A stretch of DNA of 63,553 nucleotides, the filler included, from Perkinsus olseni (taxonomy: Eukaryota), in assembly GCA_013115125.1 (NCBI GenBank). It is 29 parts of 29 records of this genome, joined end to end, with 100 filler letters (N's around TTAATTAATTAA, not from the genome) between each part and the next. Parts side by side here need not be neighbours in the genome. Positions count along the whole stretch, not along the records: positions 11,162 to 13,286 come from JABANN010001641.1; positions 13,387 to 15,505 come from JABANN010001642.1; positions 15,606 to 17,724 come from JABANN010001643.1; positions 17,825 to 19,938 come from JABANN010001644.1; positions 20,039 to 22,150 come from JABANN010001645.1; positions 22,251 to 24,361 come from JABANN010001646.1; 23 more parts are not named here. One strand, 5' to 3'. The stretch's first letter is position 1. Each line of letters opens with the position of its first letter. Under the pieces are notes generated by a model. The model worked only from the letters and a program-made list of their open reading frames with translations, was not told the origin of the DNA and did not search any database. Below, in pieces: positions 11,162 to 24,174 of this stretch. The position numbers were made by a program, and so were the translations under genes.

Positions 11162-13286
11162 GTGATGAGGCGCAATTTGCTTCAGAGTCTGTTGCAAACG
11201 CAACTGCATGCTGATGGTGATGATTGGGATGCTTTGGTACCCCACCAGAGTGTTGAGTACCTGCGGGAGTTCAAGAACGCTTTCAGTGATGGCCACAATC
11301 AGGACTACTCAGTCTTTCGCCGCGTCATACAATGGGCACCTCTCCACGTATTTGTGGATTCGTCTACGTACAGTTATGGTTATATAGCTGGTCAGTATTT
11401 GGAAGAGGTGGCCCTTGGTATGGATGCAGCGGATGTCTCCGAATTGCGTAAGATCTTGAAGTCTATCAAAGGCCCTCTACAACCCCGCTATGACTTCTCG
11501 GGTAAGCTATTCATACCTCTGTGGTTCGAACATGCGCTATTCTCTCGTATTGGCCACTTAACTGCCCACATTAACACCAAGGAATTGATTGCGGCTACTT
11601 CAGCTTTGGTTTCGGCCGTTCTAGTAATTCGCGGTCATCATGATGCTCCAATTGAGCTTTATACTGATAACTCGACCTGTTGTAAAATGCTGAAGCACTG
11701 GAAGCCGACTCCTTTGGGTAATAATGTGATTGATGCCTCCCAAAGTCTTCTACAGGAGCGATTGCTTAATGCGGTGGCTGTTAGTGTCCCGGACCCAGTC
11801 CTCAAAAATGTGAGGTATAGTTTGGTCCCGGGAAGTGTCAACATAGCGGATGGCCTTACGAGAGATGCCCTCACGGAGTCTCTGATGCTGGCCTTATCAA
11901 CATCTTCATCGGTGAAAACGGAGCGTCAGCAACAAGTCCGCTCTGCGCAAGGTCACCCTAAAGCCATGTTGGCTAGATCTCCAACTGACAGTGGTTGTGA
12001 CGAAGACGTACGTTCACCAGAAGACCTTGTCCTTACCTCTCACCCCGGCATTCTAGGGTGTAGTCTGGTCTCTGATTGGTTTGTGATGTCTTGGAGGAAA
12101 CTCCGAATCCTCCGAGCCTGGTGCCGTGTAGCACGCCAAGCTCGAGGTAAGCCCACTACTGATGGTCAGTTTCCTAATCTTACCTTTAAAGGCTGGCTGA
12201 CTGAGAAACAGTCCGAGCTTGAAATTGCTGTCTCGGATAATCGTTTCTTATGTATCAATGGCCTATGGTATCAGGTTACCTTGTACTCTCCTAGCGGCGA
12301 CCTTGTGCCACAACTAATACTGCCTTTCTCGCACGACTTGAAAGACCTACTTCGAGGATTGGTATGGCATGTCCATGAATGCACTGCTCATGCCTGTGCT
12401 GGTATTGTGCACACCTTGATCAAGTCCTACTGCACCTGGCAAGGGCAGAAGAAGTTTGTGCACGGTTTGCTCAAAGCTTGTGACACGTGCCAGCGTGTCG
12501 CTAGGGATCGCATCCAACATTACTGCGGTGTCCGAGAGCTCATAACTATCCCCTGGTATAGGGTTGGGTTGGATGTCTTTGGCCCCATCTATCGAGCTAA
12601 GGCTTATGAACGTTTGGGTAAGCCACCTTTTAACTATATTTTGACGTATACCTGTCTTTACTCCGGGAAGACGGTTATACGCCCTCTTCACACTCGTAGT
12701 GGTCGCGAGATAGCCCAGGTACATCGTGAGGTTACGGCCGATTTCGGAGTAATACCTATTATCTCGGTTGATTGTGGTAGCGAGTTCCTCTCGAAAGAGT
12801 TCCTCTCGGTCACGGTGGAAGATGGCTCCCGTGTGGTTTATGATGCTCCAAACAGTCCTTGGAGTCGAGCTCCCTTAGAGAGACGGCATGCTACCATCTC
12901 TAAATTATTAAGGGTCTTGGCAGCTACTAAGAAGACGGAACTGTGGCACACGCACCTCTATAAGGCGACGCGAGCCCTAAACCAGTCTTCGCTGCTACGT
13001 GACGGCCGTATGTTATCACCGGATATGCTGTTCTTCGCTTATAAGCCCCCCGTGTCTTCCCCGTTGTGGATGGTTTCTGCCGATCAGCAGGCGAGATTAG
13101 TTGATCTCCGAGAGCAGCTTCGTTTACGTTTGGTCTGGGATGGGGAATGGATGTCTAATCGGGAAAGTGATCGTCTTCTGGTAGACACCCGTGGAAAAGT
13201 CCCCCGTGATATCCCAGTGGTGAACGACTTTGTCTTGGTATGGTCAGACCCTTCTGGTGACAAGTTTCGTCAGGCTTGGAGAGGCC
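11162..13286 (+). mobile_element. LTR retrotransposon pol fragment (RNase H plus integrase), BEL/Pao-like
   Basis: Contig-spanning ORF. RNase H: HVFVDSS, KELIAA, LYTDNS, VPGSVNIADGLTR. HHCC: HECTAH...CDTC. Integrase core: VGLDVFGP, YILTYTC, SVDCGSEF, LERRH. Confidence 0.9.
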
Positions 13287-13386
13287 NNNNNNNNNNNNNN
13301 NNNNNNNNNNNNNNNNNNNNNNNNNNNNNNTTAATTAATTAANNNNNNNNNNNNNNNNNNNNNNNNNNNNNNNNNNNNNNNNNNNN

Positions 13387-14621
13387 AAGGTCAGCAGCAT
13401 TCAACCTCTCCTGTTTGAGTAGCCCCTCAGGCTGTTGAGGATAACTACGACGACTATGATGGATTCGTCATCCTCCACGGCACTGATACCATGTCCTACA
13501 CCTCGAGCGCTCTGTCATTCATGTTCTCCAACTTGGCCAAGAGTGTCATCATCACCGGATCCATCCTCCCCTTCGATGAGCCCCACAGCGACGCTCGCCG
13601 TAACATCATCGTCTCCGTCCTCCTCGCTGGTGAGGTTGCCCCTCTCATGACGTCTCCTCGATAGGACCTGCCAGGTTTGTACAACGTACCGGAAGTATCG
13701 ATATTCTTCGGTACTCATCTCCTCCGTGGAAGCCGCTCGGTGAAGGTAAGACGGCACTGTGCTCCGCGTATCCGTATCAGCTCAGCCACGGCACTCGCCA
13801 TACCACACTTCTACGTGATCAGTGTTGACTAGCTCCCTTCAGGTTGACAGTGGTGCCATTGAAGCATTCGAGTCGCCCAAGTTCCCCGCCCTCGCTTCCA
13901 TGAACGTCGGAGTCAATTTCTTGGATACCTCCCTTCCCGCTCCGACTGGTCCCTTTGAGGTTCAGAAGGAGATGGAAAGCTCCCTTCTCGTCATGCGCAT
14001 GGTGAGCAGCACACAACAACCTCTCGGCTTTCCGTGAGCGTAAATCGGCGAGGTGGAGCTCTGTCATCCTCCTCTCGAGTGATTGGTTTCTTCCTGTCAG
14101 TCGCCCGGTTTTGCCAACCTTGAGTCGTTGGCTCTCAGCGATGTGAAAGGTGTGGTACTCCTACTCTACGGAACCGGCAACGCGGCTTCCAATCAACCTC
14201 ATTTCACCAATTGGCTCCTCAAGTAAGTCCGTGTCACATAGTGTCACCATATCTTCATTTCCATCAGGCTCAAGGAGCAAGGAATCCCTGTTATCGCAGT
14301 GTCACAGGTTGTCCGCGGAACCGTCGCCTTGGCCGACTATGCCGTAGGTGCTCAGCTTCTGTCTCTCGGCCTCATCAGTGCCGGCGATATGACCGCCGAA
14401 GCCGCTATCGCCAAGCTCAGCTACCTCCTAGCAAGAGGCTACACTCAGGAGGAAATTGCCAACACCTTCGAGAAGTCGCTGAGGGGCGAGCTCACTGAGG
14501 TCAGTTCCTCTCCTGCCCGTCCCTGGAGAATCTTGCGTTGTGTGCGACCTGTCTCCTTTTTCAGAATAACATCGCTGCCGATGATCCGTTCCGTGACTTG
14601 TCTTTCGATGTCTCTGAGTGA
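13387..14621 (+). CDS. Type I (cytoplasmic) L-asparaginase, multi-exon, 5'-truncated
   Basis: Spliced reading gives YDGFVILHGTDTMSYTSSALSF, IITGS, SDARRN, LLRGSRSVK/VDSGAIEAFESP, YGTGNA, DMTAEAAIAKLSYLL and SLRGELTE. Introns are short GT-AG. Inferred stop TGA at 14619-14621. Confidence 0.92.
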
Positions 14622-15417
14622 CCATCTGTTGTCTATTTACGTTAATTGTATAAATCTAAGTCGGATCTCAGGATCCACATTACAGGTCTGACTAGGACCC
14701 GTGTTTCTCACTCTCGTTTCTATCTTTGACTCTTGTCTGGCGTAATGCCTCAGTATCAACCTCCGTGTTGATACCACAACATGCGTTAGCAGTATCGCTG
14801 AAGACGCTTGTTAATAATCACCTCTTGCGTTGAAAGTCACAGTGAGGGATGGTAACCCGAACGAATGCCTAGCGTGGCCGAGGCTCAACTGCCAATGCCG
14901 TTGCATCGAGCAACTTCCGTGAGAAGTCCGATACTTCATGACGTGGCCTTACCGAGGGAACTTCGCCTCAATCCAGATTCCGCCTTGTCGCCTATCGACA
15001 ACCGTGGCCCATAAGTGCTCGTTCGAGAGCTACGCGAAAGCAACGATATATTTGCCCTTGTGAGCAAGGATCAGAGGTACGAGAAGTGATGAACCGTACG
15101 AAACATCCGCCAAAACTTGCAGAGGGAAATCCTCATTCGAGCCTCGGGGCGCTAAACGGCGAAGGGAAGGACGCGGGATGGAAAAACTTAAAGTTCTTCT
15201 CGCTTCTCACTCTCTTCTCTCCCGACGAGTGAAGGTCTGCTGTGAAGGTCATGCTGGCGTTACCGTGACGCCGATCCGCCATTGCTCATCGTCAAGCGTC
15301 ACTCCCAGGTTGTTCCTAGCCATTGTTAGCGTAGTCGGAGAGGAGGGTAGTTGCTGTTCTCGATAGGCTCCCTCGGCGTTGGACTACAGCAGTATTTCTT
15401 TCCTGGGTTCTACCTCG

Positions 15418-15505
15418 ATGATGGTACCACGTCTCATGCGCCTGGCAACAGCTGCCTTGTCAATCGCTGGTCTCCTCAGCTACGCCTCTGCTGAGTTCTG
15501 TCAGC
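15418..15505 (+). CDS. N-terminus of a putative secreted protein (truncated)
   Basis: MMVPRLMRLATAALSIAGLLSYASAEFCQ is signal-peptide-like and runs off the contig end. Confidence 0.4.
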
Positions 15506-15745
15506 NNNNNNNNNNNNNNNNNNNNNNNNNNNNNNNNNNNNNNNNNNNNTTAATTAATTAANNNNNNNNNNNNNNNNNNNNNNNNNNNNNNNNNNNNNNN
15601 NNNNNCACCTGGGCGAGCGCGTCACGGACCAATGTTTGCACCACTCTACACTACACAAGTTTCGTGTAGGGTATCATGCAAACCGAGTAGACTACGTTTT
15701 GAGAGCTCTTCTGGAAGTATATTCATTCATAATGAAGCTACTCTG

Positions 15746-17450
15746 ATGCAGCAACGTGTAGGAACAGAGGATATCTTCCAATCACCCTCGGTGGAGCAGT
15801 ACCAAGTCGTCAAGGGCTTGGGAAGGGGATCTTACGGTATCGTTAGCCAGGTGAAGAGCAGGCTTTGGACAACTTAGGTCACATTGGACGCAGCTCAGGT
15901 GCGCCGGCTGTCGGATGATGCGGTCTTCGCCCTCAAGGAGATCGATCTACAAGCTGATTTCTGTGGGCCCCTGGACGTTTGGCATCGATCGTAGCTCTTC
16001 CCATTAGCGATTCTATTGTGAGTGATGCCGATCCGAGTATGGCCGTATCCCTGTTATGGCGATACGCAAATCGCCGATAGAAATCTTCCTCCTCGCTTCG
16101 ACATGAATGGCGGCTGGTAGAAATCGAGGCCGACCTGTCGCTAGGAGCTTGGTAATGGGGACAATCCGTGAGGCGATTTCCAACAGATGCCACCTTGGAG
16201 TCTGACGAGGATATTTCGGTCGAGGCAGGGACCCGGGCCCGGCGAGAGACCGAAATTCTTACGCGTCTGTCGAAGCTTTCGCCGAACATCGTGACGATGG
16301 TCGAAGCTTGGACGTCGGATGATAACCAGAGCCTGAAGATAGGTAAGGGGGCAGCAACGGAGGAGGGTCATGCTTGCCCCTTCACAGTGATGGAGTTTGT
16401 CGATGGAGGAAGCTTACGAGACGTCCTCGACAAGTAGGGGAAAGTTGGGTAGCGTAACCGGACTCAAGCACAGGTATAAAAACAAGGACATTAGATTATC
16501 CAAGAAAACAGCGAGGGAATGGCTCATGCAACTTGGCATGGGACTGGCCGTCATTCACTCCCTCAACGTGAGCCCGGGTGGGAAGCGTGCTATCAGATCA
16601 CGTTCCCACTGAGTTTAGATCATCCACCGAGATATCAAGCCCGACAACCTCTTGCTCACGAGGGACCGAACTCTCTTGAAGATAGCGGACCTAGGCCTTG
16701 CTAAGGTTGAGAGTGTCAAGTAAGCTGAGTGCCGGACGACCGAGTGCAGTCTCCGCACTAGGATTGCTTCTACCCGAGCATCTTTCGTCGGCGCGATCAC
16801 ATACTGCAGTCCAGAGGAACTCCAGGGTACCCCAGTCGACCGCCGCTACTCACGATGGGTCAGCGTGCGCTCAGCAGGCTCTTCTTGCACCCGGCGTTCG
16901 GACATGTACAGCGTCGGCTGCGTCCTGTATGAGATGCTCAGCGGAGCGAAAGCATTCCAGTGAGGTTGGGGCATTCTAGGACCCGGTCAAAGGTCATCGG
17001 CGTCAGAGGCCCTATTGCTACGGTGGCGCGTAGTATAGTTGAAGGCGACTATGACCAACTGCCGCCTCCTCACGGCCCTCTAGATTCCGAGTTGGTTGCT
17101 CTCTGTCAAAGACTAATGCACCTGAAGCAGGTAAGTGGATGGCCACGTGGTCTCGGGTACTAAGTGTCTGGTCAGACCGAGCGACCGTCGGCGGTAGAGC
17201 TCCTTGCGTCCCCTTGCCTCAAAAGACACGTCCGTAAACACTTTCATAGGTTCCCTTGCCTAGTTCTGAGCTCCAGCTTGTTGCCATTTGCTACCGTAGA
17301 TTCCCGGACTTGCGTCTGCGTCTGGCTGAAGATATTTCTGCTGAGTGGACACCCTACCCAGAAGTGGTCGCGAGCTTGTCGACCGCCGCCTACTCAGTCG
17401 ACGGTGAGACCACCTCCACCCCCTTTTCTTAATCTGGGTCATCTTAATCT
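15746..17450 (+). CDS. NEK/NIMA-like Ser/Thr protein kinase, multi-exon
   Basis: [68 protein letters not shown] and RPSAVELL in successive short exons. The 3' end is uncertain. Confidence 0.88.
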
Positions 17451-17824
17451 TATCGGTGATAAGTTATCACGCTGATTGGGCGCCGAATATACGGTTCCCT
17501 AGTAGAGGCTTGCTGATGGTCTATTCAGATGAGCAGTCGAGCGATTCTTGTTCTTTGCCTTCTGCTGAAAAACTCAGCAGCGCGGGTAGGTGTTTCTACC
17601 ACACGGAGGTACTGAGGATCTTTATGGGAGATTGTAGTAGTCGTCCGACCCCCTCAGGTCCTCGCTGACGAGTGGTTCAGTGCTTATGGCGGCCGGATTG
17701 TGGTCAACGGACCGGGGCCGGTACNNNNNNNNNNNNNNNNNNNNNNNNNNNNNNNNNNNNNNNNNNNNTTAATTAATTAANNNNNNNNNNNNNNNNNNNN
17801 NNNNNNNNNNNNNNNNNNNNNNNN

Positions 17825-18087
17825 GCGGGCTCGGTGGTGCCAAGGACCTCGTCACTACCTGGTGGCCTTGGGGTGCTGGTATGTTTGCTACTTCTCTCGG
17901 ACCTAACAAGGCTTGCTTCGTTTTGGGTGCTAAGTCAGCTCCTGGTACCGGCCATATGGTTCTCCGGGGCAAGCTCTCTGCCATCCAGAAGGGTCTTATC
18001 GAATCCACTAAGGTAAACGAGAACAAGCGCGGCATCATCGGCTCTTGGGGCTGGTATTTCGTCCATCACACTCCCTTCATCAACTAG
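17825..18087 (+). CDS. C-terminus of a probable AIF/AMID-like pyridine nucleotide oxidoreductase
   Basis: Open frame from the contig start (WWPWGAGMFATSLGPNKACF...QKGLIESTK) to TAG at 18085-18087. The SLGP motif and C-ending codon bias match the gene at 19602. Confidence 0.55.
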
Positions 18088-19601
18088 TTCTGGTGTTCCT
18101 ATTTTTTCGCTATGGATGTTTCCGTAGCCGAGTTTTTTGCTCGTGCAATTATTTCTCTCTCGAACTGAGCCAAGGGTTGTGTTAAGTTTCTTAGCGAATA
18201 CGAGCAGGTGTTTATTGTATCATTTTCAGTGGACTTCTGCGACAGTCGGAATTCCCCGACGTGCATATGTAAATCAGCAGTGGCGTTCAGCGACCTCCTC
18301 GCGACTCCTAAGCGGCGTCTCGTCGATTTCGTATCGCGCTATCACAAACAACGCGAGCCCATCTTCGCAGTCGCTTTCTGAACACGAGCCATGTCAGCTT
18401 CACCGGTGTCAGGTCTGTACTCGGTTTCAAGCCCTTACCGAAGTATTTGCGTCGTTCAGGTAGCTCATACGGAGTAATCGGACCCACCTCCGCACGATAT
18501 CACGCTGTGAATCCAGAGGATGATGCTTTAATGTCTGGAGCTCAAACATCGTTAGGAACTTATGTGCCCCAACTGACGGTTTCATCGTTGATGAGACAGC
18601 AAGAGTTCCTGTCATCGACCCTTTGACCAAAAGGTGTTCCTGTGATGGGCATGGGAATTTCAGTGCAATACAGCCAGTCACAAGAAAGAATGCAGATATG
18701 AGACCACAATTTTGCATGGCGCACGAGCGCTCAAATTCCCTCGGCCTGGGATGTTAGCAAGCATTTGAAGCACTCAACGAGTTAGAACCCTCGAGAGGCC
18801 GTAGGGGCGTAGAGGTTTGGGCGTGATAGCGTGAATGAGGTTCGATGTAAGGGGGGTGATAGCGAACCGTAGACTGTCGTTCTGCCCCATTCAAGGTAAC
18901 TTTGCGCATGTGCGACCTGGCCGACCGCTGGCTCACAGACCGTGCCTGGCCAACCAGGGCCAAGGACATAGTGAACTAGTTCAGATGAAGGAAGGCGGTA
19001 GCGGGCCTAAGACTCGCGATCCGATCACAGTGGAACGTTAACCAGGAGTCTGCCTGCATTCGCCTTGAGAATCGCCGACGTTGGGGCGGCTGACCATCTC
19101 GCCGTTGAAGTATCAGCACGCCTGTCTCTTTTTTTGTGTGCCGTGAAGGCTGCCCCACTTCCTGCTTTACTCTGTTTGCATCTCGTTTGCACGAGCTAGA
19201 ACACCGTTGTACGTCATGTGGCCTCTCCCACCCAAAGGTATGTACACGAGGGGTCGCTGGACTTCAAAGAATCATTCCTTCGATCGAAGTCGCGAAACGA
19301 CGTTCGTAGGGGGCAAGTGCGCTCGCAGATCTATTAGGGACAAATTAGCTATGCAGCGCGCAGCTGTGCATGCGTGCAGACATTTCTCAGCTGCCTCGCA
19401 GTAGAGTGTCGTGGAATTGCGTGAGATCTCGCATCATGTGATCGGATTTAGAGGGCAATCCTTGGGGGTCAGGGCTTTGTGGGGATTCGAAGAGCAACCG
19501 ATGGTGGTGGTGCTGGGGGGGAGGGGCGTTTTGCGCGGGTGGTGAGGAATAGGAAGGCCTCGATGCGATACGTCTCATGGTTCAGTATTTGTTTGTCGCT
19601 G

Positions 19602-19938
19602 ATGGTCTCTGACAAGCGTCGCGCTTTAGTCATCGGAGGTGGCTTCTCCGGCATGTTCGCCGCCAACGAGCTCAAGGGCCGTTTCGACGTCACCCTTGTT
19701 GATGCCAAGGAGTACTTCGAGTACACCCCCGGTATCCTCCGTGCCTACGTGAAGCCCGGTCACTACGACGCTCTATCATTCACTTACCAGTCGATTCTTG
19801 AGCGCACCATGGGCATTAAGTTCCTCTGGGGTGAGGTCACTCAGCTCGACGGTGAGAAGCAGATCGCTCACGTCAAGCCCATGTTCTCCGATCACGAGGA
19901 GGAGGTCGCCTTCGACTACTGTGTTATCGCCGCCGGTT
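19602..19938 (+). CDS. N-terminus of an AIF/AMID (FSP1)-like FAD/NAD(P)H oxidoreductase
   Basis: RALVIGGGFSG...VTLVDAKEYFEYTPGILRA...FDYCVIAAG. Intronless and truncated by the contig end. Confidence 0.85.
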
Positions 19939-20038
19939 NNNNNNNNNNNNNNNNNNNNNNNNNNNNNNNNNNNNNNNNNNNNTTAATTAATTAANNNNNN
20001 NNNNNNNNNNNNNNNNNNNNNNNNNNNNNNNNNNNNNN

Positions 20039-21565
20039 AAATGTATACAGCTTCAGGCTTTCATGGGGCGGCTGATGTGGGGAGCGCTGAAAAGCACACC
20101 GACATCAGTCACGTACCGAATCAGCGGGCTGAAACCGATTTCCGAATCTGTCCGCATACGCGCTTCCGAGCAATGGCTCCACCGGGACTGGGACATCAGT
20201 AAGGTTGAGACCAAAACCCTCGGCCGCTGGGGCCCCCAGTGGGGGGCGTTGGGCACGGTGGTACGGAACCCAAAAGATATGAATCTAGACGTTTCATATC
20301 CAGCGAACCGTGCGAGGCGACACGGTCCGCTCGCAGTCATAAGTGATGGTCTAGTAGATAACCTCTCTTCTGCTAAAAGGCACATATTCTGCGATGGTAG
20401 TAAAATCGGAGGGTGGGGTCTAGCTGGGCGCACCGGATCGGGCGCCGTCGAGGTGACGCCATCCGGTAGAGAAAATGCGGTAGTGCGGTTCTCGTATACG
20501 AGGTTACCGGATCACGCCACCGTTATGTAAGGCGAGCTTCGAGGGATCGAGGCTGCAGCCAATAGGTTGACTTTTACCCAGGACAACCCCCTGAGGCAGG
20601 CGGTTATCTATAGTGACAGTCAGGCTGCCATACGAGCAGTGACCGATCAATGTAAGCTCGAGAGTACATCGGTAAGGAATGCCCGCAGGGCTGTCGAACG
20701 CGCTGCTGTGTCGTGCGATCTGGTCGTTCAGTGGACAAGAGCTCATACGGGTATCAGCGGTAATGAAATTGCAGACACCCTGGCAAGATTAGGCGGAAAG
20801 AGAAAGGATATAACAGATGTTGGCATTCCAGAATCTTACACTGTCCGTCAGGTCAAAGCGAAGTTCAGAGAAGAAGAAGAATGGCGATGGCGCAAGGCTC
20901 GGCAGCTGACGTACATCAAGAAGACTGGCGTGATGCTCGACCGGCGCCAGTGCAGGCGCCTCCGCGTGGTGGCCGTATCAATGAATGACCGAAGACTGAT
21001 CTCCGAGGCTTTAACGGGACACGGCTGTGTGAGGGCCCACTTATCCAGATTGGATGGTGGGATGCCGGAATACCGCTACTGTGGCAGGAATAGGGAATCT
21101 TCCATACATCTACACCAGTGCTCCCGCTGGCGGAGGTGAAGGGAGGCTTGCCTGGGTAAAGGCGCCCTGGATAATCCATACGATAAGACGCGACTGTTGG
21201 CATCAAACCACAGTGTTCGCACATGGTTGAAGTACATGAGGAAGAATCTTCCTGGAAGATGTGGCCAACACCCCGCCAGCCTTGCGGCGCTAGGGATACC
21301 GGGATATGAAGCATCCTACTGGTGGCAGCTGGGAGGTCTCTGGGGGGGGGCTTCCCACCTATAGCACTCTGTGCGGTGTAATGTACTATCTCTCGGTTGA
21401 AGTCCAACCGTTGAACCGAGTCGGTTCCTACCAGGGCTCAGGCAGCGACTGAGCCCGCAGCTATACCCCTATACTGGCTATCACCCGCCCGGTCGGAAGG
21501 GTGCTGCACAAGAAGAAGAAGAAGAAGAAGAAGAAGAAGAAGAAGAAGAAGAAGAAGAAGAAGAA
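20039..21565 (+). mobile_element. 3' end of a non-LTR retrotransposon with RNase H, degenerate, ending in a (GAA)n tail
   Basis: RNase H motifs IFCDGSK, TVM*GELRGI (premature TAA at 20528-20530), IYSDSQAAI and QWTRAHTGISGNEIADTLA. LTGHG and a degenerate C-terminal zinc knuckle (YRYCG...ESSIHLHQC) follow, then a 3' UTR and microsatellite tail. Confidence 0.88.
21510..21565 (+). repeat. (AAG)n microsatellite, probable element tail
   Basis: Pure AAG run directly after the LINE 3' UTR. Confidence 0.95.
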
Positions 21566-22250
21566 CAGAACGACATACGCGATTATCACATTAACCGTGA
21601 CAACCTCTCAAACCGTACCGTCACAGCACAGTAAGAGATCTGCTCACACGCTATAATCCAATCCCATAACTACTAGTAACTCAATCCAAACCCATTAACC
21701 GATATATGGCTAAGAACTTGGCAATGAACTCCATTGAATGGAGCGTCATCCGTAGCGGTCTGCGAGCGCCCTGGACTTACGGCCCCCTCCTGGACATGAG
21801 TACCATAATGGAGGACGGGTCGAAATCGCACCTTGTCAACCGTCGGTACAGGAAGTCACCATTCACCTACCTTTGATGGACGTGCTGATAACTTCCTTAC
21901 CACTCTAGTAGGAAACGGTATACTAGTGATCAGCCATCCGAAATGGCCCATCCCCATCGTACACTGCAGATATATAAAGGAATTCATTCCACTATATACC
22001 ATCATAAACAGTATTCAACCCTCAGTGACCCATATCATACAATCCAGAGGAAACACTGTCTGAGTGGCCCGACTTGAATATTTCACTCTATAAGTTGACT
22101 TAAGTAACGTAACCCAGCATACCAATATATTCCATGGATATACCATATGCNNNNNNNNNNNNNNNNNNNNNNNNNNNNNNNNNNNNNNNNNNNNTTAATT
22201 AATTAANNNNNNNNNNNNNNNNNNNNNNNNNNNNNNNNNNNNNNNNNNNN

Positions 22251-23961
22251 CGAGCGATTTAATCGTTCGTTGCTCGACATGCTACGCCGGCACATTGGGA
22301 TCCCCGATTGGGTATCTCATCTGCCCGCTCTTCTCTGGGTGTATAATACGTCGATACACTCGGTGACTGGCTTCAGTCCGTACAAGCTACTCTTCGCACG
22401 TGATCCTCCGTCCGACTTTCTGCCCATGACGCTGTCCGCTGCTGATTTGATGTTCGACCCGGCTACTTACGAGGCCTACTCGGAAGCACTACGAGCCTAT
22501 TTGACGGATCAGGTCGACTTGGCTATCACTCAAGCAGCGGGCAATGCTAAAAGGCACTATGATCGCAACAATGCTCCTCAAGGATTCTTTGTTGGCGCCC
22601 GTGTTCTCCTACGACTTATGAAGCATCAGAGGCCTACCAAACTCTCACCTATGTGGGAGCCGAACTGGTTCATCACGCAGATCGTGGGCTCGTCTGATCC
22701 TATCAAGGTTGTCCGCTTGTTCCATCTGTCGTCGAAGCGAGTGAAGGTCTTGAGCGTGGACCATATCAAGGTTGACCCTTTGCAACCTGATAACATTCAG
22801 GAAATCATGCAGAGCTTTCCCGAGCCCCTACGTGATGCTCGTGAACCAATCCCGGTTAGTACCCATGGTTCTGCTGCTGTGTCGTCCGATGGCCTTCGCC
22901 AAGAGCAACCTCATGTTCGATTCGAAGGTCTCTTCGGAGCGGGCACTGCGGGTGTCCGTCCGCTACAGGCTCAGCAATTACCGGTTAATCCTGATGGACT
23001 TATTGGTGGAGAACGTATGGTATATGGTTCGAGTGGTGCTCAGCTACCTCGTTGGCAAGGGCTTGATGCGTTCCGTCCGCGACCCGTGGAATCGTCAGGA
23101 CCTCCGCAAGTCGCCCCAGCTTACGTATCTATACCTAATGACCGTCAAGATGATATCCAACGAGCACGCTCTGGTCCTATTACCGTACCGACTCCGCCAG
23201 TAATGGCTCCTAATGTAGAACGAGCTCCTCCAATTGTGGATCCCGCTGCTGTGTCCGTTCCCTCTGGTGGCACTACTGATTTGAGGTCTGTTTCAAGCCA
23301 ACGACATTCTCAAGCTGCAGACGCCTCCGTGCTCTTGTCTGCGCCACAAGAAGAGTCTCCTGCTACGCCCTCGGGCCCGTCTTTGTCATTGGCTTCCCCG
23401 TCAGTACCGTCCATACCGTCCGTCCCGTCTTTACTGCTTACTTCCCCGGACTTGGCATCTAGGCCAAGTTCACCGGCCCCTGTTCCTGACAATATCAACA
23501 GCGGGCATGTGTCGGAAGCTACACCGTTTACTTCTCCTAATGCATCCATGGTTGATGCTCGTTCTGGCACATCGCCTTCTTCTAGTTCGTCGTCCGTTGC
23601 CACTGAGCAAGACGCCGTCTCTGCTAACTCCGACTTTGACTCTACTACGCCTAATGTATCTTCAGATGCTGGAGAATCTCTTCATGAAGAAGAATTGGCT
23701 GTTCCTGAGGAAGAAGATCCTGTCCTCGAACAAGAAGAAGCCCCGGTTCGCGAGGAAGAAGCGGATATTCCCGCTCCAGTTGTAGAGCCTGCTACGGTAT
23801 CTATGCCACTATCAAGGCCACGATATGCCACTAGATCCCGTACTGGTACCCTGCCCGGTCCTCGCGAACGATTCTCATCTGATACTTACGTCCCACTCGC
23901 CCTACGACGTGCCCGTTCTTCGTCTACCTCTAGTAATGCGCGTAGTCATGTATCGAACTAA
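22251..23961 (+). mobile_element. Ty3/Gypsy-like integrase C-terminal part with long Ser/Pro-rich extension
   Basis: ERFNRSLLDMLR, W...LP...YNTSIHSVTGFSPYKLLFAR, KRHYD...FFVGARVLL...KLSPMW, then about 400 aa of low-complexity tail. Confidence 0.88.
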
Positions 23962-24000
23962 TGCTATGCATGGCCTTAGTTCTGGTAGGGAGGAAAACGG

Positions 24001-24174
24001 TGTGGAATACGAAGCTACGTTATGCGGGCTCCCTCTTTTCCACATCTATCCCCTCACTACCCGGTTAGGAGTACGATAATCCGTTTAGCGGACGTCCTCT
24101 TCTCCTGCCCGTTTCCTGTGACTAAAGTTACTTCTGGTGGTTGGTTTCCGGAGACCATAACGAATTGAACAACA
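24001..24174 (+). repeat. Candidate 3' LTR (174 bp) preceded by a polypurine tract
   Basis: AGGGAGGAAAACGG immediately precedes TGTGG at 24001. The candidate end is CAACA at 24170-24174, a 4/5 inverted match. The right boundary is inferred. Confidence 0.55.

Noticed and set aside
18121-18146. Spliced-leader relic (CCGTAGCC...GCTC)
   Set aside because: Only the first 8 nt match the dinoflagellate/Perkinsus leader, and it lies downstream of a stop codon rather than upstream of a start.
20528-20530. TAA read-through or alternative genetic code in the RNase H ORF
   Set aside because: A single CAA-to-TAA change in an element that is otherwise decaying, and TAA acts as a normal stop elsewhere in the window.
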